Below are positions 62,850 through 64,000 of a DNA stretch of 64,000 nucleotides, one piece after another (positions within the stretch are counted from its first letter, which is position 1; each line of letters starts with the position of its first letter). The notes under the pieces were generated by a model. The model did no database searches. It saw nothing but the letters and a program-made list of their open reading frames with translations, and was not told the DNA's origin. A program made the position numbers and the translations under genes. The DNA is from Octopus bimaculoides (lineage: Eukaryota), in contig NC_069003.1 in NCBI RefSeq assembly GCF_001194135.2, positions 32,663,339-32,727,338 on the forward strand, in the 5' to 3' direction.

Positions 62850-64000
62850 ACATTCCGCTGATCTCAAATTCTGAATTTATTGCTGAGCAAAACTTATCAA
62901 TTATCAATCATTTCAGATAATCTATCTATCTGGTCTTATCACCAATGTTTGTCCAGATTCGAAAATAGCAAAGGATAACAAAAATGCCAAAATAGCATAA
63001 CCCAAAGAATCCACATTATTTTTTTCTAATCGGTGAATATAACTTGAATAACATTGAATCCAAGTTAAATGTAACAAAATTTCTTCTTTGTAATCGATGA
63101 AAAAACTGATACAGAAACGGACTTCTTACCCAACTTCTTGAAAATTGAAGTTTCCAGCAATCCAGTATTACGGTTTGCTACACCTTCTGTTGAGTAAACA
63201 GGCGGTTTTTGAAGTTGGTTAAGTTGCGTACAGTGTGTTGAAAGTAGTTTTGTCCTTTACATTTTTACGTGGATTGATAAAGATTAAACATACTCTACTT
63301 TAGAAGTGTATTAATTTGTACCTGTATTTGTTGAGTAAAATCATGTTCTTTATTTTTCTTCGTTTAATTTTCATCTTTTAAACATGGTACGGCATAAAAA
63401 AAATTAAGAATTTTAAGAGGATTAATAAATATCAAAGAGATCCTTCTTTAGAAGTGTATGAATCCATTAAATTAATTAGTTATTGTACTTTTCACAGTTT
63501 ATTTTATATTTTAAGTATATATTTAGACTTTCTCCAGAAAACCGGAAAATCCAGAAATCCGGGTCACTTCCGGTCCCACGCTCTGCCAGATATTTAGCCT
63601 ATACAGTTTTACTATTCTCAAGTATCTTGTTCTAATAACTAGATATGTGAATGGAATTAAAAAATCAAATATCTAACTCTGCTTTGGGTATTTATAATTG
63701 TGTGGATACTATTAAAAAGAAACGTTAATGGAATTACCTTTGGAAACCTTACAGGATTTGCCAGCAGTAATGCTAGTGTTATGATGGGAAAGCAAAAGAA
63801 GAGAAATTTTCTCCATACTGCCTTGCAGTTGCTGTTCGTTGCACGCGTGTATTTCTACCATGTTATTTAGAAGAATAAACTAGAAACAGTTCTAAGCGCC
63901 TAAATGAATAAAAAAGAATTTCAAAAATTTACGAATATCAATAGTCAAAAAATTCTCCATATTTGCTGCACAGATGGCTTTCCCTTGAGCAAATGGTGAA
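62850..64000 (+). mobile_element. Second decayed hAT transposase (ZNF862/Tip100-like), running off the window end
   Basis: Motifs in order: FIAEQNLS (62876), CPDSKIAK (62950), FFVIDEKTDT (D at 63096), NLTGFASSNASVMMGK (~63745-63792), SSKRLNE*KEFQKF, KILHICCT-R-WLSLEQMV. No ORF in the track because of stops and frameshifts. Confidence 0.75.

Overview
AT-rich, microsatellite- and SINE-dense eukaryotic scaffold with N gaps. The repeat families and C2H2 debris look like a coleoid cephalopod (Octopus-like); this is recognition, not a database result. One complete gene is supported: a minus-strand A20/AN1 zinc-finger gene (ZFAND5/6 family). It has four coding exons (26583-26364, 16895-16734, 16602-16516, 14814-14666) that splice in frame to 205 aa, a probable non-coding first exon (~43466-43391), and a promoter with TATA, GTCATGTGAC, CRE-like and CCAAT motifs that may be bidirectional. 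Bases 1-7140 are a CpG-saturated (TACG/TTCG)n satellite with modular higher-order structure. Its units have defined starts and fold-back caps, are separated by AT blocks, and lie next to a Myb/SANT-like coding fragment. The rest is introns/intergenic DNA with decayed RTE LINEs, two hAT transposase fossils, a maT-type (DD37D-spaced) Tc1/mariner fragment, piggyBac- and hAT-type MITEs, tRNA-derived SINEs, a C2H2 pseudogene fragment and two striking hairpins. Most ORFs in the track are repeat or N-gap artefacts.
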